The notes: generated from the sequence alone by a model not told the origin. Positions 19,141 to 28,840 are shown, counted from the first letter of the stretch. The stretch is DNA of 64,000 nt from Candidatus Bathyarchaeia archaeon (GCA_038883715.1 JAVZLS010000003.1:32001-96000), one strand, 5' to 3'. Program-made: numbers and translations.

Positions 19141-20415
19141 CTACTCTTGCATTTTGAAGCGTAGAATGGCTGCTATTCCGCCGAATGAATTTTTAAGCAT
19201 CTGTCCCTCTTCAGTTTCTTCAGAGATTATTTCGACTTCTGTGTTTGCGTATTCGGCTAGTTGGGCGAAGTTTTCTATCAACTCCTGCTTTTCAACAATG
19301 TTTAACGATGGGGCCTTACATTTTGGGCATGGTTTTCCAATAAGGCTTTGCTCGAAACTTGCTAGCATGGGGCTTTTAACTGTATGCTGCTCCTCATAAC
19401 TGCATGCACTGCACTTGACCTTCACACGCGCGATATCGAGACCTTCTGAAAGCAATAGAGTCTTGACGGCGCCAGCTTCCAAGGCTTTTCTAACGGCTTC
19501 TTCCCCATAAGTGGCAAAACCAGTATCGTGACCAATTTCGTATAGGAACTGCTGCATTATTTGCCTCTCTTCTATGTAACGGATTTTCCTCATAATCTCT
19601 GGCGCCTTGTCCACTATTTCCTTTACCCCTTGTTCGTCAACGTAAGCCGTGTCAACAGTGTCAATGATTTTCTCCTTCAGCTGGTAATTTAGGTAGTCGC
19701 CTTTCTCGAAGTCGTATTTAGTTGGTCCGGGTCCACCAATTATTATGCCCTTCAAATTCTCTATGGGAAGGAAAACTTCGTTTGCATGTTCGCCCACACG
19801 TCTAAAATACTCTTGGAGACGCATTTCCCTAAGCCTTTCAAACCTTCTGGCAGATTGTCCTCCGGCACGAGTTTTTCCCGGAACACCGGATGTCACTTCC
19901 CTAACTATTTCGAGTCTTCGGCCCTGAAGGGTTGCAAGGGTTGCGGCTGTCGCGTCTATGAGGAGAATGCCATAAGTCTCTTTTTCTCGCAAAAGCTCTT
20001 GCAAATGTTCAGTGTGGAAGCGGGAGTCGCATCTGTAAAGGTATATGTTTATGGGCTCCGGCGGTATAATCACGTACGTCTCGATTTTTTCGCTTCCGGC
20101 GCCATTTTGGGGAACCGCCCCACAAAATATTACAAGTCCGTTTTCTGGAGTTTCCTTGAAAAGTTTTAGGCGCTGCTGAACCTTGACAATGGCGTCTTGG
20201 ACATTTTTGCGGGTTGTTGTGGACTTTATGTTGGAAGCGGTGCCGTATTCCTCCCTAAGCATGTTCATGACTTCGCTTATCTGCTTCCCTGGTGGAATGT
20301 AAAGCGAAATGAGTTCTGTTCCTCGTCCCTCTTTATTGGCTAGCGTGTTCAGTATCTTTTTTAACCGAAAGATTTCGAGGGACGTCCTTCTTTTAGGAGT
20401 GCTCAAATTTTTCAC
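19141..20415 (-). CDS. prf1: Peptide chain release factor aRF1
   Basis: GTELISLYIP, ASNIKS, YRCD, GGQSARRF. Confidence 0.97.
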   Translation of the reverse strand: MKNLSTPKRRTSLEIFRLKKILNTLANKEGRGTELISLYIPPGKQISEVMNMLREEYGTASNIKSTTTRKNVQDAIVKVQQRLKLFKETPENGLVIFCGAVPQNGAGSEKIETYVIIPPEPINIYLYRCDSRFHTEHLQELLREKETYGILLIDATAATLATLQGRRLEIVREVTSGVPGKTRAGGQSARRFERLREMRLQEYFRRVGEHANEVFLPIENLKGIIIGGPGPTKYDFEKGDYLNYQLKEKIIDTVDTAYVDEQGVKEIVDKAPEIMRKIRYIEERQIMQQFLYEIGHDTGFATYGEEAVRKALEAGAVKTLLLSEGLDIARVKVKCSACSYEEQHTVKSPMLASFEQSLIGKPCPKCKAPSLNIVEKQELIENFAQLAEYANTEVEIISEETEEGQMLKNSFGGIAAILRFKMQE

Positions 20416-20479
20416 TTAAAGCTTAATGCTATAAGGCTACATGGCAACGAGCCAAATAAAAATATTGGACAAATAAAGG

Positions 20480-21463
20480 TTAGGACAAGCCTAAAACTTC
20501 TCTCAGAAAAGCCTTATATGGTCCAAGTTTTCCACCATAGTTGCCAGCTGAAATTCGCAGAACGCCTGGAACATTTATGGCCGCCTTTATGCCTTCTCCC
20601 ATAGCCTTCTTAACAGCTTCAACCGTCAAGCCGTTAATGACTATTTCATAGACGGCGTTAACGTCTTCTGGCAGCTGAGAGTCTTCCACAACTTTCTTCA
20701 GTGTTGGACAGAAGGGATGGTTTGTTGAAGCTTTAAGCTTATATTTTAAGGAGCCAGCTTTAGAGCCGGATCGGCAGACTCCGCCTGGAAAAGGCATTAT
20801 AACTCCGCTTGCGCCATTTTTTATTGCTTTTACGGCTTCCTCTGCGGCTTGCAGTCCCGAGTTTTTGTCCTTTGCCAGTATGAGGAAGTTCCCCCCGGCA
20901 ACAGCCTCTACAACACCAAAAGCGTCTTCCACTATGAATTCACCTTCCATAACCGGGATTCTCCAAACCTTTCTGCCACCAACAATGCCCTTCCTTTGGA
21001 AGCCATCACCAAAATAGCGGAGGCTTCGCCCAACTTTCACCCTTCTTTTTGCTTCTAGCAAAGCGTCGAAAGCCGCCGTTGTTGGACAAGTCATTATGCA
21101 CTGTCCAATGCGTAGAACCATTTGATTCTTCAGATCAAAACGATTCCTATTGTAGATTTGAATTAAGGCGCCCACCCTTCCATCGGGAGTTTTTTCTCCA
21201 GAAACAAGCCCTTCAATTCCAGCTTCAGCGGGAGCCATAATGACGCTTGTGGCAAAGCCTGTTGCCACTTCAGCGGCGGTTAAAGCCCATTTTTCGCTGT
21301 CTGCCGTGATGAGCACTCTCCCAGCCCACATGGGGAATATTTCGGCGAAGGTGTCTGAAACTTTTACGGTGTGACCCCCTTGGGACTTTATTATGAGGCA
21401 TGGTCCAAACTTGTCCTTTTCATCGCAGCCGACTATTTCAAGTTTGGCTTCGCTTGGCACCAT
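20480..21463 (-). CDS. ftr: Formylmethanofuran--tetrahydromethanopterin formyltransferase
   Basis: DTFAE, TGFATSVI, RIGQC.MTCPTTA, SGSK, ISAGNYGGKLG; start placed at MVPSE. Confidence 0.93.
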   Translation of the reverse strand: MVPSEAKLEIVGCDEKDKFGPCLIIKSQGGHTVKVSDTFAEIFPMWAGRVLITADSEKWALTAAEVATGFATSVIMAPAEAGIEGLVSGEKTPDGRVGALIQIYNRNRFDLKNQMVLRIGQCIMTCPTTAAFDALLEAKRRVKVGRSLRYFGDGFQRKGIVGGRKVWRIPVMEGEFIVEDAFGVVEAVAGGNFLILAKDKNSGLQAAEEAVKAIKNGASGVIMPFPGGVCRSGSKAGSLKYKLKASTNHPFCPTLKKVVEDSQLPEDVNAVYEIVINGLTVEAVKKAMGEGIKAAINVPGVLRISAGNYGGKLGPYKAFLREVLGLS

Positions 21464-21606
21464 ATTCAAACCTAGCTTTGAGGATAGGCATAATCTCATT
21501 TAAGACTTTTCGCTACAAGCGGCGGAATGCCATGTTAGCAGCTTTAAATGGATAATTGCCAAACAGCCTTTAGAAGCCTAAACTATTTATTCCTTAACTC
21601 TATAAG

Positions 21607-22665
21607 GTGCTAACCATGAAAACTGCCAAAGTTAGCTTTGAAGAGTCCATAGCTGAGGCTGTTGTCAAAACTGGAAAATGCGTTTGCTGCGGCACATGCG
21701 TGCTTGTTTGCCCTTTCAACTGCCTTGAGTATGCTGAAGAAAAGCCTAACCTAGTAAAAGAATGCAAAGTTTGCGGCATATGCGCGCAAGCATGCCCCCA
21801 ATACGACTTTCCACTATCAAAAATTGAGAATTTTGTGTTTGAAAAAGAACGAAAGCCCAATGAAGCTTTTGGAATTTACAAAAGACTCGCCTTAGCAAGG
21901 GCTACTGACAAACAAATTTTAGAAAAATGCCAAGACGGCGGAGCTGTGACGGCTTTACTTTTATTCGCCCTAAAAAATGGCATTATTGACGGGGCAATAG
22001 TTGCGAAGAGCGAGCGGGAAAAGCCATTCTACCCGCATCCGACACTTGCCACATCAGCCGATGATATATTACAAGCGGCCGGAACGAAGTACTTTTACTC
22101 GCCAAATGTCCTTGCTATAACAAAAGCTTTGGAACAGAAACTTGGAAAAATAGCGTTAGTCGGAACACCATGCCAAATTCGCGCAGTAAGAAAAATGCAG
22201 TTTGTCGGGCTTAAGAAATATATCACTCCATTAAAATTTCTAATCGGGCTAGCATGCTCCGAGTGTTTCATTTATGACGGACTTATGAAACAGCACATCA
22301 TCGGAAAGCTGGGAGTAGACCCAAATCGCATCAGGAAAATCAACATTAAGGGCAAAATGCTGTTGACACTAGAGACTGAAACGGTGGCAATACCACTCAC
22401 GGAAGCAAAACAATACGCAAGAAAAAGCTGCCACTTCTGCGAAGACTTCAGTTCAGAGTTGGCTGACATTTCTGTCGGCGGACTTGGCCTTGAAGGATGG
22501 ACCTTTGCGATTATACGCACAAAGCAAGGCGAAGAACTATTTTCCAGCGCGGAAAAAGCTGGAGCTATTATAACCAAAGAGGCAAGCACCGAAGCAAACG
22601 CCCTAAACTTACTGATTAAACTTTCTGCGAAGAAAAGAACCGCAGCTAAAGAGTTGGCAAAATAA
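21607..22665 (+). CDS. F420 hydrogenase/dehydrogenase beta-subunit-like (FrhB/FdhB/FpoF) protein with N-terminal 2x[4Fe-4S]
   Basis: CVCCGTCVLVCP, CKVCGICAQACP, QDGGAVT, GTPCQ, C..C.D...ELADISVG. Confidence 0.88.
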   Translation: MLTMKTAKVSFEESIAEAVVKTGKCVCCGTCVLVCPFNCLEYAEEKPNLVKECKVCGICAQACPQYDFPLSKIENFVFEKERKPNEAFGIYKRLALARATDKQILEKCQDGGAVTALLLFALKNGIIDGAIVAKSEREKPFYPHPTLATSADDILQAAGTKYFYSPNVLAITKALEQKLGKIALVGTPCQIRAVRKMQFVGLKKYITPLKFLIGLACSECFIYDGLMKQHIIGKLGVDPNRIRKINIKGKMLLTLETETVAIPLTEAKQYARKSCHFCEDFSSELADISVGGLGLEGWTFAIIRTKQGEELFSSAEKAGAIITKEASTEANALNLLIKLSAKKRTAAKELAK

Positions 22666-22743
22666 AGTGAGGCTGGCACACGCTTTTCTGAAATACTTAT
22701 AAACATTGTTTTCTAAATATGGCTTCAAGCTCGATGCCTTAAG

Positions 22744-23643
22744 GTGCGCTCCGTGAAGAAGGTCAAGATCGGCGTCTTCAAATGTGGCAACATTGGAACT
22801 GCACCCTTGCTTGAACTTCTTTTCGATGAGTTGGCCGATAGAGAGGACATAAGCGTTCGAACGATAACAACTGGAGCGAAAATGCTTGCGGAAGAAGTCG
22901 CAGAAGCCTTACCAAAAATCTTTAACTTCAATCCAGACTTCATAATTTTCATTTCGCCAAACCCGGCGGTTCAAGGACCCAGAAAAGCCATGGAAATCCT
23001 CTCGGAAAAGAAGATTCCGAGCATCTTCATCTCCGACGCCCCGGGCAAACGCCTAAAAGAGGAATTTGAAAAACAAGGCTTCGGTTACATCATAGTTATG
23101 GGTGACCCTCTTATAGGGGCTAGAAAAGAGTTTCTAGATCCGACTGAAATGGCGATTTTCAATTCAAATGTGATAAAGGTGCTGGCAATCACAGGTGCCT
23201 ACAGAATGATTTACCAAGAAATCGACCGAATCATCCACTGCTGCAAGGAAGACATAGCGTTTGAACCGCCACGTCTAATCATAGACACCGACAATATTAG
23301 GGATAGTTCTGACTTTAGGAACCCATATGCTCTTGCAAAGGCTATGGCAGCTTACGAGCTGACAAAGAAAATTGCGGAAATAAATACACGAGCATGTTTT
23401 ATGGAAAAAGATAAGGAGAAATATATCCCGTTGGTGGCGTGCGCCCATGAAATCGCGCAAGTTGCAGCCAGCCTTGCCGAAGAGGCTAGAGAAATTGAGA
23501 AGTATGCGGATACTCTTGTTAGGAGACCCCACTCTAGGGAGGGAAAATTAAAAGTTAAGGACAAGTTGATGTTGCCTCCTACTTTTGATGAGGAAATTTA
23601 CCAGAAATGGCTTAAGACGTTGAAGCTGAGAGGCAACCCATAG
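22744..23643 (+). CDS. mtd: F420-dependent methylene-H4MPT dehydrogenase
   Basis: KCGNIGT, DELADRED, ISPN, D.LIGARKEFLDPTEMA.FN, NPYA.AKA.AA, AHE, EIEK..D. Confidence 0.93.
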   Translation: MRSVKKVKIGVFKCGNIGTAPLLELLFDELADREDISVRTITTGAKMLAEEVAEALPKIFNFNPDFIIFISPNPAVQGPRKAMEILSEKKIPSIFISDAPGKRLKEEFEKQGFGYIIVMGDPLIGARKEFLDPTEMAIFNSNVIKVLAITGAYRMIYQEIDRIIHCCKEDIAFEPPRLIIDTDNIRDSSDFRNPYALAKAMAAYELTKKIAEINTRACFMEKDKEKYIPLVACAHEIAQVAASLAEEAREIEKYADTLVRRPHSREGKLKVKDKLMLPPTFDEEIYQKWLKTLKLRGNP

Positions 23644-23722
23644 TTTTGTATATACGCCATTAATACATATATATGATATTTCGAATAAGTATATATTTTC
23701 CGCCTTCTATTTTAGCTCTCAG

Positions 23723-25444
23723 GTGAAAACAATGAAAGCTCTTGAAATAACACCTTTAGAAGGAAAAACTTTAAGGGTAATAATAGTCGAGAAAGAATAC
23801 AGCGAACCATTCTGGATCGCAGAGCCCACAAACAATCACACACCAAAAAACATCCTGTCATCCAGATTTAAGCCATCCGTTGCCTTTTGCAGCTTCTTCG
23901 AAAAACTAATAGACGAAGTTAAACCAGACTTCATAACAGAAGAGCTAGGAAACCGCTCACCAAAAGAGTTTAACGAAAACAATGTGCTTGTCCAAATAAG
24001 CCAGAAAACGAAAATCCCCTTCTTCGCCGTCGACATCGACGAAAATGCACGAGGTTATGTGGCTTCTCTAATCGAAGAGAAAAGACAGCTTAGAGACAAA
24101 ATATTGAAGGCATTGGAGGAAATGCCTGAAAACAGCGCCGAAAAGGAGTACTTAATAGCCTATGGGCAATGCTTACAACAGGAAATTGAGGAGTTAGAGC
24201 GTGAAGCGAAGTTTTCAGTTAGGGAAAGCTGGATAGCTATGGGAATTCTTGAAAATGCGAGAAGCCTAGAAAAAACAGAGGTTACATGCCTACACATATC
24301 AAGTCCAGAACATGTAGGCGGAGTCAAAAAGCTTTTAGAGTCCGTGGATGTTGATGTAGAGACAATTCAGCCGACAAAAAAGTTGGTCCTCACAAAGGAG
24401 AAAGCGCCGATGGCTGAGATTGAGGATTTACTCAAATCCATGCAAATCCAAGTTAAACCAGTTATCAGAACAACATCCGAAGAGGCCCCTTACATCCTCT
24501 TCTTCCTAGACACAGACAAGAGGGCAAGCCCCTTCGATATTTGCATGGCCTACGACGCCGGATTCAGCGTTGTAGTCCCATATGAAAACGTAACCACCGA
24601 CGAAGCAAAGAAAATAGTGCAAGACGCCATCTTCTCCAGAGACCCAAAGGGGATTAAGCGCACATGCTTCTTCATAGGCGGAAAAGACATGGAAAAAGCA
24701 GAAGATGTCCTAAAAGTTGTGCGCGAAACCATGTTCCCACCATTCCAAGCCAACACTATAATCGACCCTGCCGGTGCCTACACAACGGCTGCAGCCATGG
24801 TGGCTAAAGTTGAAGATGCCATAGCAAAAGCCAAACTTGGAAACTTGAAGGATAAGCGAGTGGCAATTTTTGGCACAGGAGCCGTTGGAAGGGTTGCAGC
24901 CATTTTATTGGCTAAGCTTGGATGCGCCGTCAAGATTGTCAGCCCAAACCCTGACAGAAAAGATGGAGACGAATATGTTTCAAAGCTGTCCGCTCTACTC
25001 CGTGAAAGATATGGCGTGGATGTTGAAGGCGTTTTCGCTCCAACACCGGAGAAAAAGGTTGAGGTTATAAATGATGCAGACATTATTCTCTGCGCTTCCG
25101 TTGCTGGCGTCCGCATAATAACTAAAGACATGCTGGAATCAGTGAAATTTGTCAAAGTTATAGCTGATGTCAATGCTGTCCCACCACTTGGAGTGGAAGG
25201 AATGAAACTTGACGATGACATGAGAGAATTTGCCCCAGGAATCTTCGGCATAGGCCCATTAACAATTGGGCGACTCAAGTACAAGCTCGAACGCGAAATC
25301 TTGAGAGAAGCAAGAAGAAATGGTAAAGGAACAGTCTACAACTATAACTACGCAATGGAGTTAGCAAGAAAAATATTGAAGGGCGAACTTCCAGCCGCCA
25401 AGCTTACTGTTACGGTTAGTTATCCTTCAAAGGAACGAAAGTAA
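23723..25444 (+). CDS. NAD(P)-dependent methylene-H4MPT/H4F dehydrogenase (MtdA/MtdB-like) with an extra ~250-aa N-terminal domain
   Basis: SPFDICMAYDAG, VQDAIFSR, MFPPF, DPAGAYTTAAAMVA, GTGAVG, DVNAVPPLGVEG, IG.LKY. Confidence 0.85.
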   Translation: MKTMKALEITPLEGKTLRVIIVEKEYSEPFWIAEPTNNHTPKNILSSRFKPSVAFCSFFEKLIDEVKPDFITEELGNRSPKEFNENNVLVQISQKTKIPFFAVDIDENARGYVASLIEEKRQLRDKILKALEEMPENSAEKEYLIAYGQCLQQEIEELEREAKFSVRESWIAMGILENARSLEKTEVTCLHISSPEHVGGVKKLLESVDVDVETIQPTKKLVLTKEKAPMAEIEDLLKSMQIQVKPVIRTTSEEAPYILFFLDTDKRASPFDICMAYDAGFSVVVPYENVTTDEAKKIVQDAIFSRDPKGIKRTCFFIGGKDMEKAEDVLKVVRETMFPPFQANTIIDPAGAYTTAAAMVAKVEDAIAKAKLGNLKDKRVAIFGTGAVGRVAAILLAKLGCAVKIVSPNPDRKDGDEYVSKLSALLRERYGVDVEGVFAPTPEKKVEVINDADIILCASVAGVRIITKDMLESVKFVKVIADVNAVPPLGVEGMKLDDDMREFAPGIFGIGPLTIGRLKYKLEREILREARRNGKGTVYNYNYAMELARKILKGELPAAKLTVTVSYPSKERK

Positions 25445-25457
25445 GCCGTAGCAAAGG

Positions 25458-26474
25458 TTAAGATGGGACCTTAAAGGACTGGTTGATGGTAATTTCTGCA
25501 ATGTCCGCCGAATACTCCGCTATGCGCTGGATGCCGTCCCTAATGGAGCAGCACGCGCAAATAACCTCAGTGTCTTTTTCCTTCAAAAATGCTAGGGATG
25601 CTATCTCCCTATCCAATTTCTCTATTTTAGCCTGATTCTCAATAACCTCATTTGCCGTTTTCACATCCTTTGCGAAAAGGGAATTTACAGCGTTATCATA
25701 AAGCGCTAATGCGTCGCATCCAGCCGAATACATTTTCTCTAATAAGGGCCTTGAAACTTCTTTTCCGCCCCCTTCCATCATAATTACGTGTTTTGCTACA
25801 TTGGCGGCTTGATCTGAAACTTGTTCTATGCGGTGAATAAGCGTCTGATAATCTAAGCAGTCGATGGGTTCTACGGCAAGCTGGTTAGCCAACGCAGGAT
25901 CAACAGCTGCCCTACGCACTAGCCTCAGCAAGAAGAAGGAGAAGTGGTCAACCTCATCGTCTATCATATAAACTGACTTGGCAAGGGCTGCATCTTGTTC
26001 TTTAAGGGCTGTGAAGGCATCCCGGCACATCGAGCTTGATATTTTATACATCCTATTAATCCCGGTTTCAATGGACGCTTTAGACTCGTCTATGAGGGTT
26101 GCAATGTGCATCTCTTTGGTGTCTGCTTCCATTATCCGCATGTAAAGCATCTGCACAATCCTTCGAATGGCTTTCTGCTGAGGCACAGTGAAAAATTTGT
26201 CTGAAACAAGTCTAATGTTGGAATAACCATTTAAATAGCAGGCAATTATGCTGCGGATGACAAAGGATATGTCCTTCTCCGATTCAACACGGAGAGTTAT
26301 CTTGGCTGGTTCCCGCTCCTTCCGCGCCCCGGGAAAAACAACAAGGGAGCGGTCTCGGTTCATCGCAATGGAGACAACGTCGCCACTTTTAAGCTCATTT
26401 AACTCTGTCCAATATTTTGGAAGCGAAATGACAAGCGAAGAACGCCCGAGAGACATTATTTTACGCTGTTCCAT
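25458..26474 (-). CDS. AbrB-PhoU type transcriptional regulator
   Basis: RKIMSLGRSSLVISLPK.W (AbrB-like), YL.GY, two PhoU repeats (DDEVD, RIAEY..DIAE). Confidence 0.88.
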   Translation of the reverse strand: MEQRKIMSLGRSSLVISLPKYWTELNELKSGDVVSIAMNRDRSLVVFPGARKEREPAKITLRVESEKDISFVIRSIIACYLNGYSNIRLVSDKFFTVPQQKAIRRIVQMLYMRIMEADTKEMHIATLIDESKASIETGINRMYKISSSMCRDAFTALKEQDAALAKSVYMIDDEVDHFSFFLLRLVRRAAVDPALANQLAVEPIDCLDYQTLIHRIEQVSDQAANVAKHVIMMEGGGKEVSRPLLEKMYSAGCDALALYDNAVNSLFAKDVKTANEVIENQAKIEKLDREIASLAFLKEKDTEVICACCSIRDGIQRIAEYSADIAEITINQSFKVPS

Positions 26475-26582
26475 CTAAACCTACCATGAAAACATTAACT
26501 AGAAAAGCCAAATATATATTTCTATAGACAATATAAGTTCAAGTTTTCCTCGGATTCTATTCGAATAGCTTAAATAGTTAAA

Positions 26583-26846
26583 ATGAGGGATTTCCACCAA
26601 GGACTTAACAATGTTGGGTGGTGGAAAAGCTTGACCGAAGTTGTTGAGAAGGGTTTAAGGAAAATCGGGATAACGGTTTCCAAGCCAGTTTTAGCCATTA
26701 TATGCATAATTTTTGGCATAATAGTTATAGCGTGGAAGGAATCCCTAAACTTAATAGTTGGCATATTTCTGATAATTGAGGGCGTCTTAATGATAACAGA
26801 ATATCTGGAACTTAAAAGACAGCAACCGCCTCCCCCACCAACATAA
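26583..26846 (+). CDS. Small two-TM membrane protein (DUF3096-like)
   Basis: AIICIIFGII....LNLIVGIFLIIEG; poly-Pro tail; start uncertain. Confidence 0.55.
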   Translation: MRDFHQGLNNVGWWKSLTEVVEKGLRKIGITVSKPVLAIICIIFGIIVIAWKESLNLIVGIFLIIEGVLMITEYLELKRQQPPPPPT

Positions 26847-26864
26847 ATTTACTCTTCCCATTTT

Positions 26865-28118
26865 TTGGCTCTTCCATTTCTGCAAAGTGGAGCAAGCTTG
26901 CCGTTGACAATCACAAAAATACGGAACTTCTTGGTTATAGGCATAGACACAACTTTTATTGCCGCTTCTGCAAAAAGCGCCGGATACAACGTTTACGCCG
27001 TTGACTATTTCGACGACGTTGACCTACAATGGACCTGCGACGATTACGAGTCCGCAATAAAGCATCGCAAAAGCGAAGGTGACGGAGATAAGAGCACCTT
27101 TTTTAACCCACAAGTTCTCTTTAAACTGGCAAAAAATTTTGTGAAAAAGCATAATATAGATGCAATTTTGCTCTCCTCAGGTCTTGACGACCAGTTCGAC
27201 ATCCTTTACGAGCTGAATCTCATAGCGCCGATACTGGGGAATTCGCCCAACATCATCAGAAAAGTTCGCGAAAAACAGAGATTCTTTAAAGAACTCAAGG
27301 CGCTAGGCATCCCCCATCCTGAAACAGTCGTTGTTAAAAGCTTTTTGAAAGCGAAGGAAGCCGCCGCCAAGATTGGGTACCCTATCGTCATTAAACCAAC
27401 CAGTGGCTTTGGAGGAATAGGAATAAAAGTTGCATCAAATTTTTCAGAACTAGCGGAAGCTTTATCATCAGCGTTTAAAACGGCTGGCAGAGTTGTTATC
27501 CAAAAACTGATTAGAGGCTTTCATGCAAGCATATCCCTTTTGGCTAATAAAAAAGAGGTTAAGATTTTGTCCATAAATGAGCAACTGTTAGGGTTGCCAT
27601 CGGTTTTTCAAGAGGAGCCTTTTGGCTATTGCGGTAATATCGTGCCTCTTCAAACAACCGAGTCACTTTTAGCAAAGTGTCAATTTATAGCTGAAAAAAT
27701 CGCCTTGCAATTTGACCTTATAGGTTCGAATGGCATTGACATTGTCATTTCAGAAGATGGAACACCATACGTGATAGAGGTTAACCCGCGGTTTCAGGGA
27801 ACTTTGGGCTGCATGGAGAGAGTTTTAGGAATAAATCTCGTCGATGCCCATGTCAAAGCTTGCCTACATAATGAACTGCCAACAGTAAAGCCGCCCTTAA
27901 ATTTTTGCACACGCCTCGTCTTGTATGCTCCTAAGCGCGCCGTGGTTCCAGACCTTACAACAATAAAAGAGGCGCGGAATATTCCTCCTCCTCAAAGCAT
28001 AATTGAAAAGGGAGAACCTTTATGCTCAGTTTTGGCTGAAGGGGAAAGCCGAGAAACATCCTTGCAAAAGGCCAGCGACCTAGCCAAGGCGATTTACAGT
28101 AAGTTACAGCCACTTTAA
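26865..28118 (+). CDS. ATP-grasp ligase (COG2232-like; family often found in H4MPT/methanofuran C1 clusters)
   Basis: DYF.D.D, ILGN, KP..G.GG.G, YCGN, GSNGID, EVNPRFQGT. Confidence 0.8.
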   Translation: MALPFLQSGASLPLTITKIRNFLVIGIDTTFIAASAKSAGYNVYAVDYFDDVDLQWTCDDYESAIKHRKSEGDGDKSTFFNPQVLFKLAKNFVKKHNIDAILLSSGLDDQFDILYELNLIAPILGNSPNIIRKVREKQRFFKELKALGIPHPETVVVKSFLKAKEAAAKIGYPIVIKPTSGFGGIGIKVASNFSELAEALSSAFKTAGRVVIQKLIRGFHASISLLANKKEVKILSINEQLLGLPSVFQEEPFGYCGNIVPLQTTESLLAKCQFIAEKIALQFDLIGSNGIDIVISEDGTPYVIEVNPRFQGTLGCMERVLGINLVDAHVKACLHNELPTVKPPLNFCTRLVLYAPKRAVVPDLTTIKEARNIPPPQSIIEKGEPLCSVLAEGESRETSLQKASDLAKAIYSKLQPL

Positions 28119-28840
28119 ACGGGTAATTTCAATTTACGTGTGGCATTAATTATTGATGGACCTACTATGGATGTTATAAAAGCGGACAAACCCACTTTTA
28201 TTGGAGTTTCAACAGCCCCCAGCGCCCATATGGCTTGAAGCCCTCTGACTTCGATGCCGTAAAATAAATTATAGGTTTGGCATGGCACAAAAATGAAGAT
28301 GCGGAAGAGAACATCAGCCTCTAAGCCGATAAACACGCTTAAGGCGAGAATATAAATTAAACGTTTTTTGGAGTCAGTATCCCACAAACTTTTCCATTTT
28401 GACGTAACAACTGCCAAAAAGATTAAAGTGGCAAAGGCTAGGTAGACGTCCCACATCCCCCAAAATGGAAGTTGCCAAGAAACTGGCGCCGCGAAAAAGC
28501 CTCCTAAAAGGGCTAGGTAATATGTTAAAACTATGCCCCATCTTTTCCTAAAAGCGAATGCTGAAATCATAGCTCCAAGGGGAGCACCAAGGGTGAAAAG
28601 AAACTCGTATACATCAATGTAATTTATGAAGTGCCCAATCATGACTCCGATGAGGGTTGAAAGGAAGCCGGCCCATGGTCCAAGCAATATTCCAGTTATC
28701 GACTCAGATATGAAAATCCAGCTTAACCAGACTCCAGAATAGGGCAAAATTGGTGGAACAATCAGTGAGTCGCAAATTATATTGAAGGCGGCGCAAACAG
28801 AAATCAACGCGATGAAAGTTGACTTTCCAAGCTTTCCCAA
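28115..28840 (-). CDS. Membrane protein, probable ECF S component
   Basis: GILLGPWAGFLSTLIG motif, multiple TM helices. Confidence 0.6.
   Translation of the reverse strand: MGKLGKSTFIALISVCAAFNIICDSLIVPPILPYSGVWLSWIFISESITGILLGPWAGFLSTLIGVMIGHFINYIDVYEFLFTLGAPLGAMISAFAFRKRWGIVLTYYLALLGGFFAAPVSWQLPFWGMWDVYLAFATLIFLAVVTSKWKSLWDTDSKKRLIYILALSVFIGLEADVLFRIFIFVPCQTYNLFYGIEVRGLQAIWALGAVETPIKVGLSAFITSIVGPSIINATRKLKLPV

Noticed and set aside
19300-19420. Zn-finger-like insertion in aRF1
   Set aside because: Common in archaeal aRF1 of this lineage; not unusual.
20480-25444. Evidence for methanogenesis
   Set aside because: ftr, mtd and frhB-like genes also serve the archaeal Wood-Ljungdahl methyl branch; no mcr or mtr genes here.
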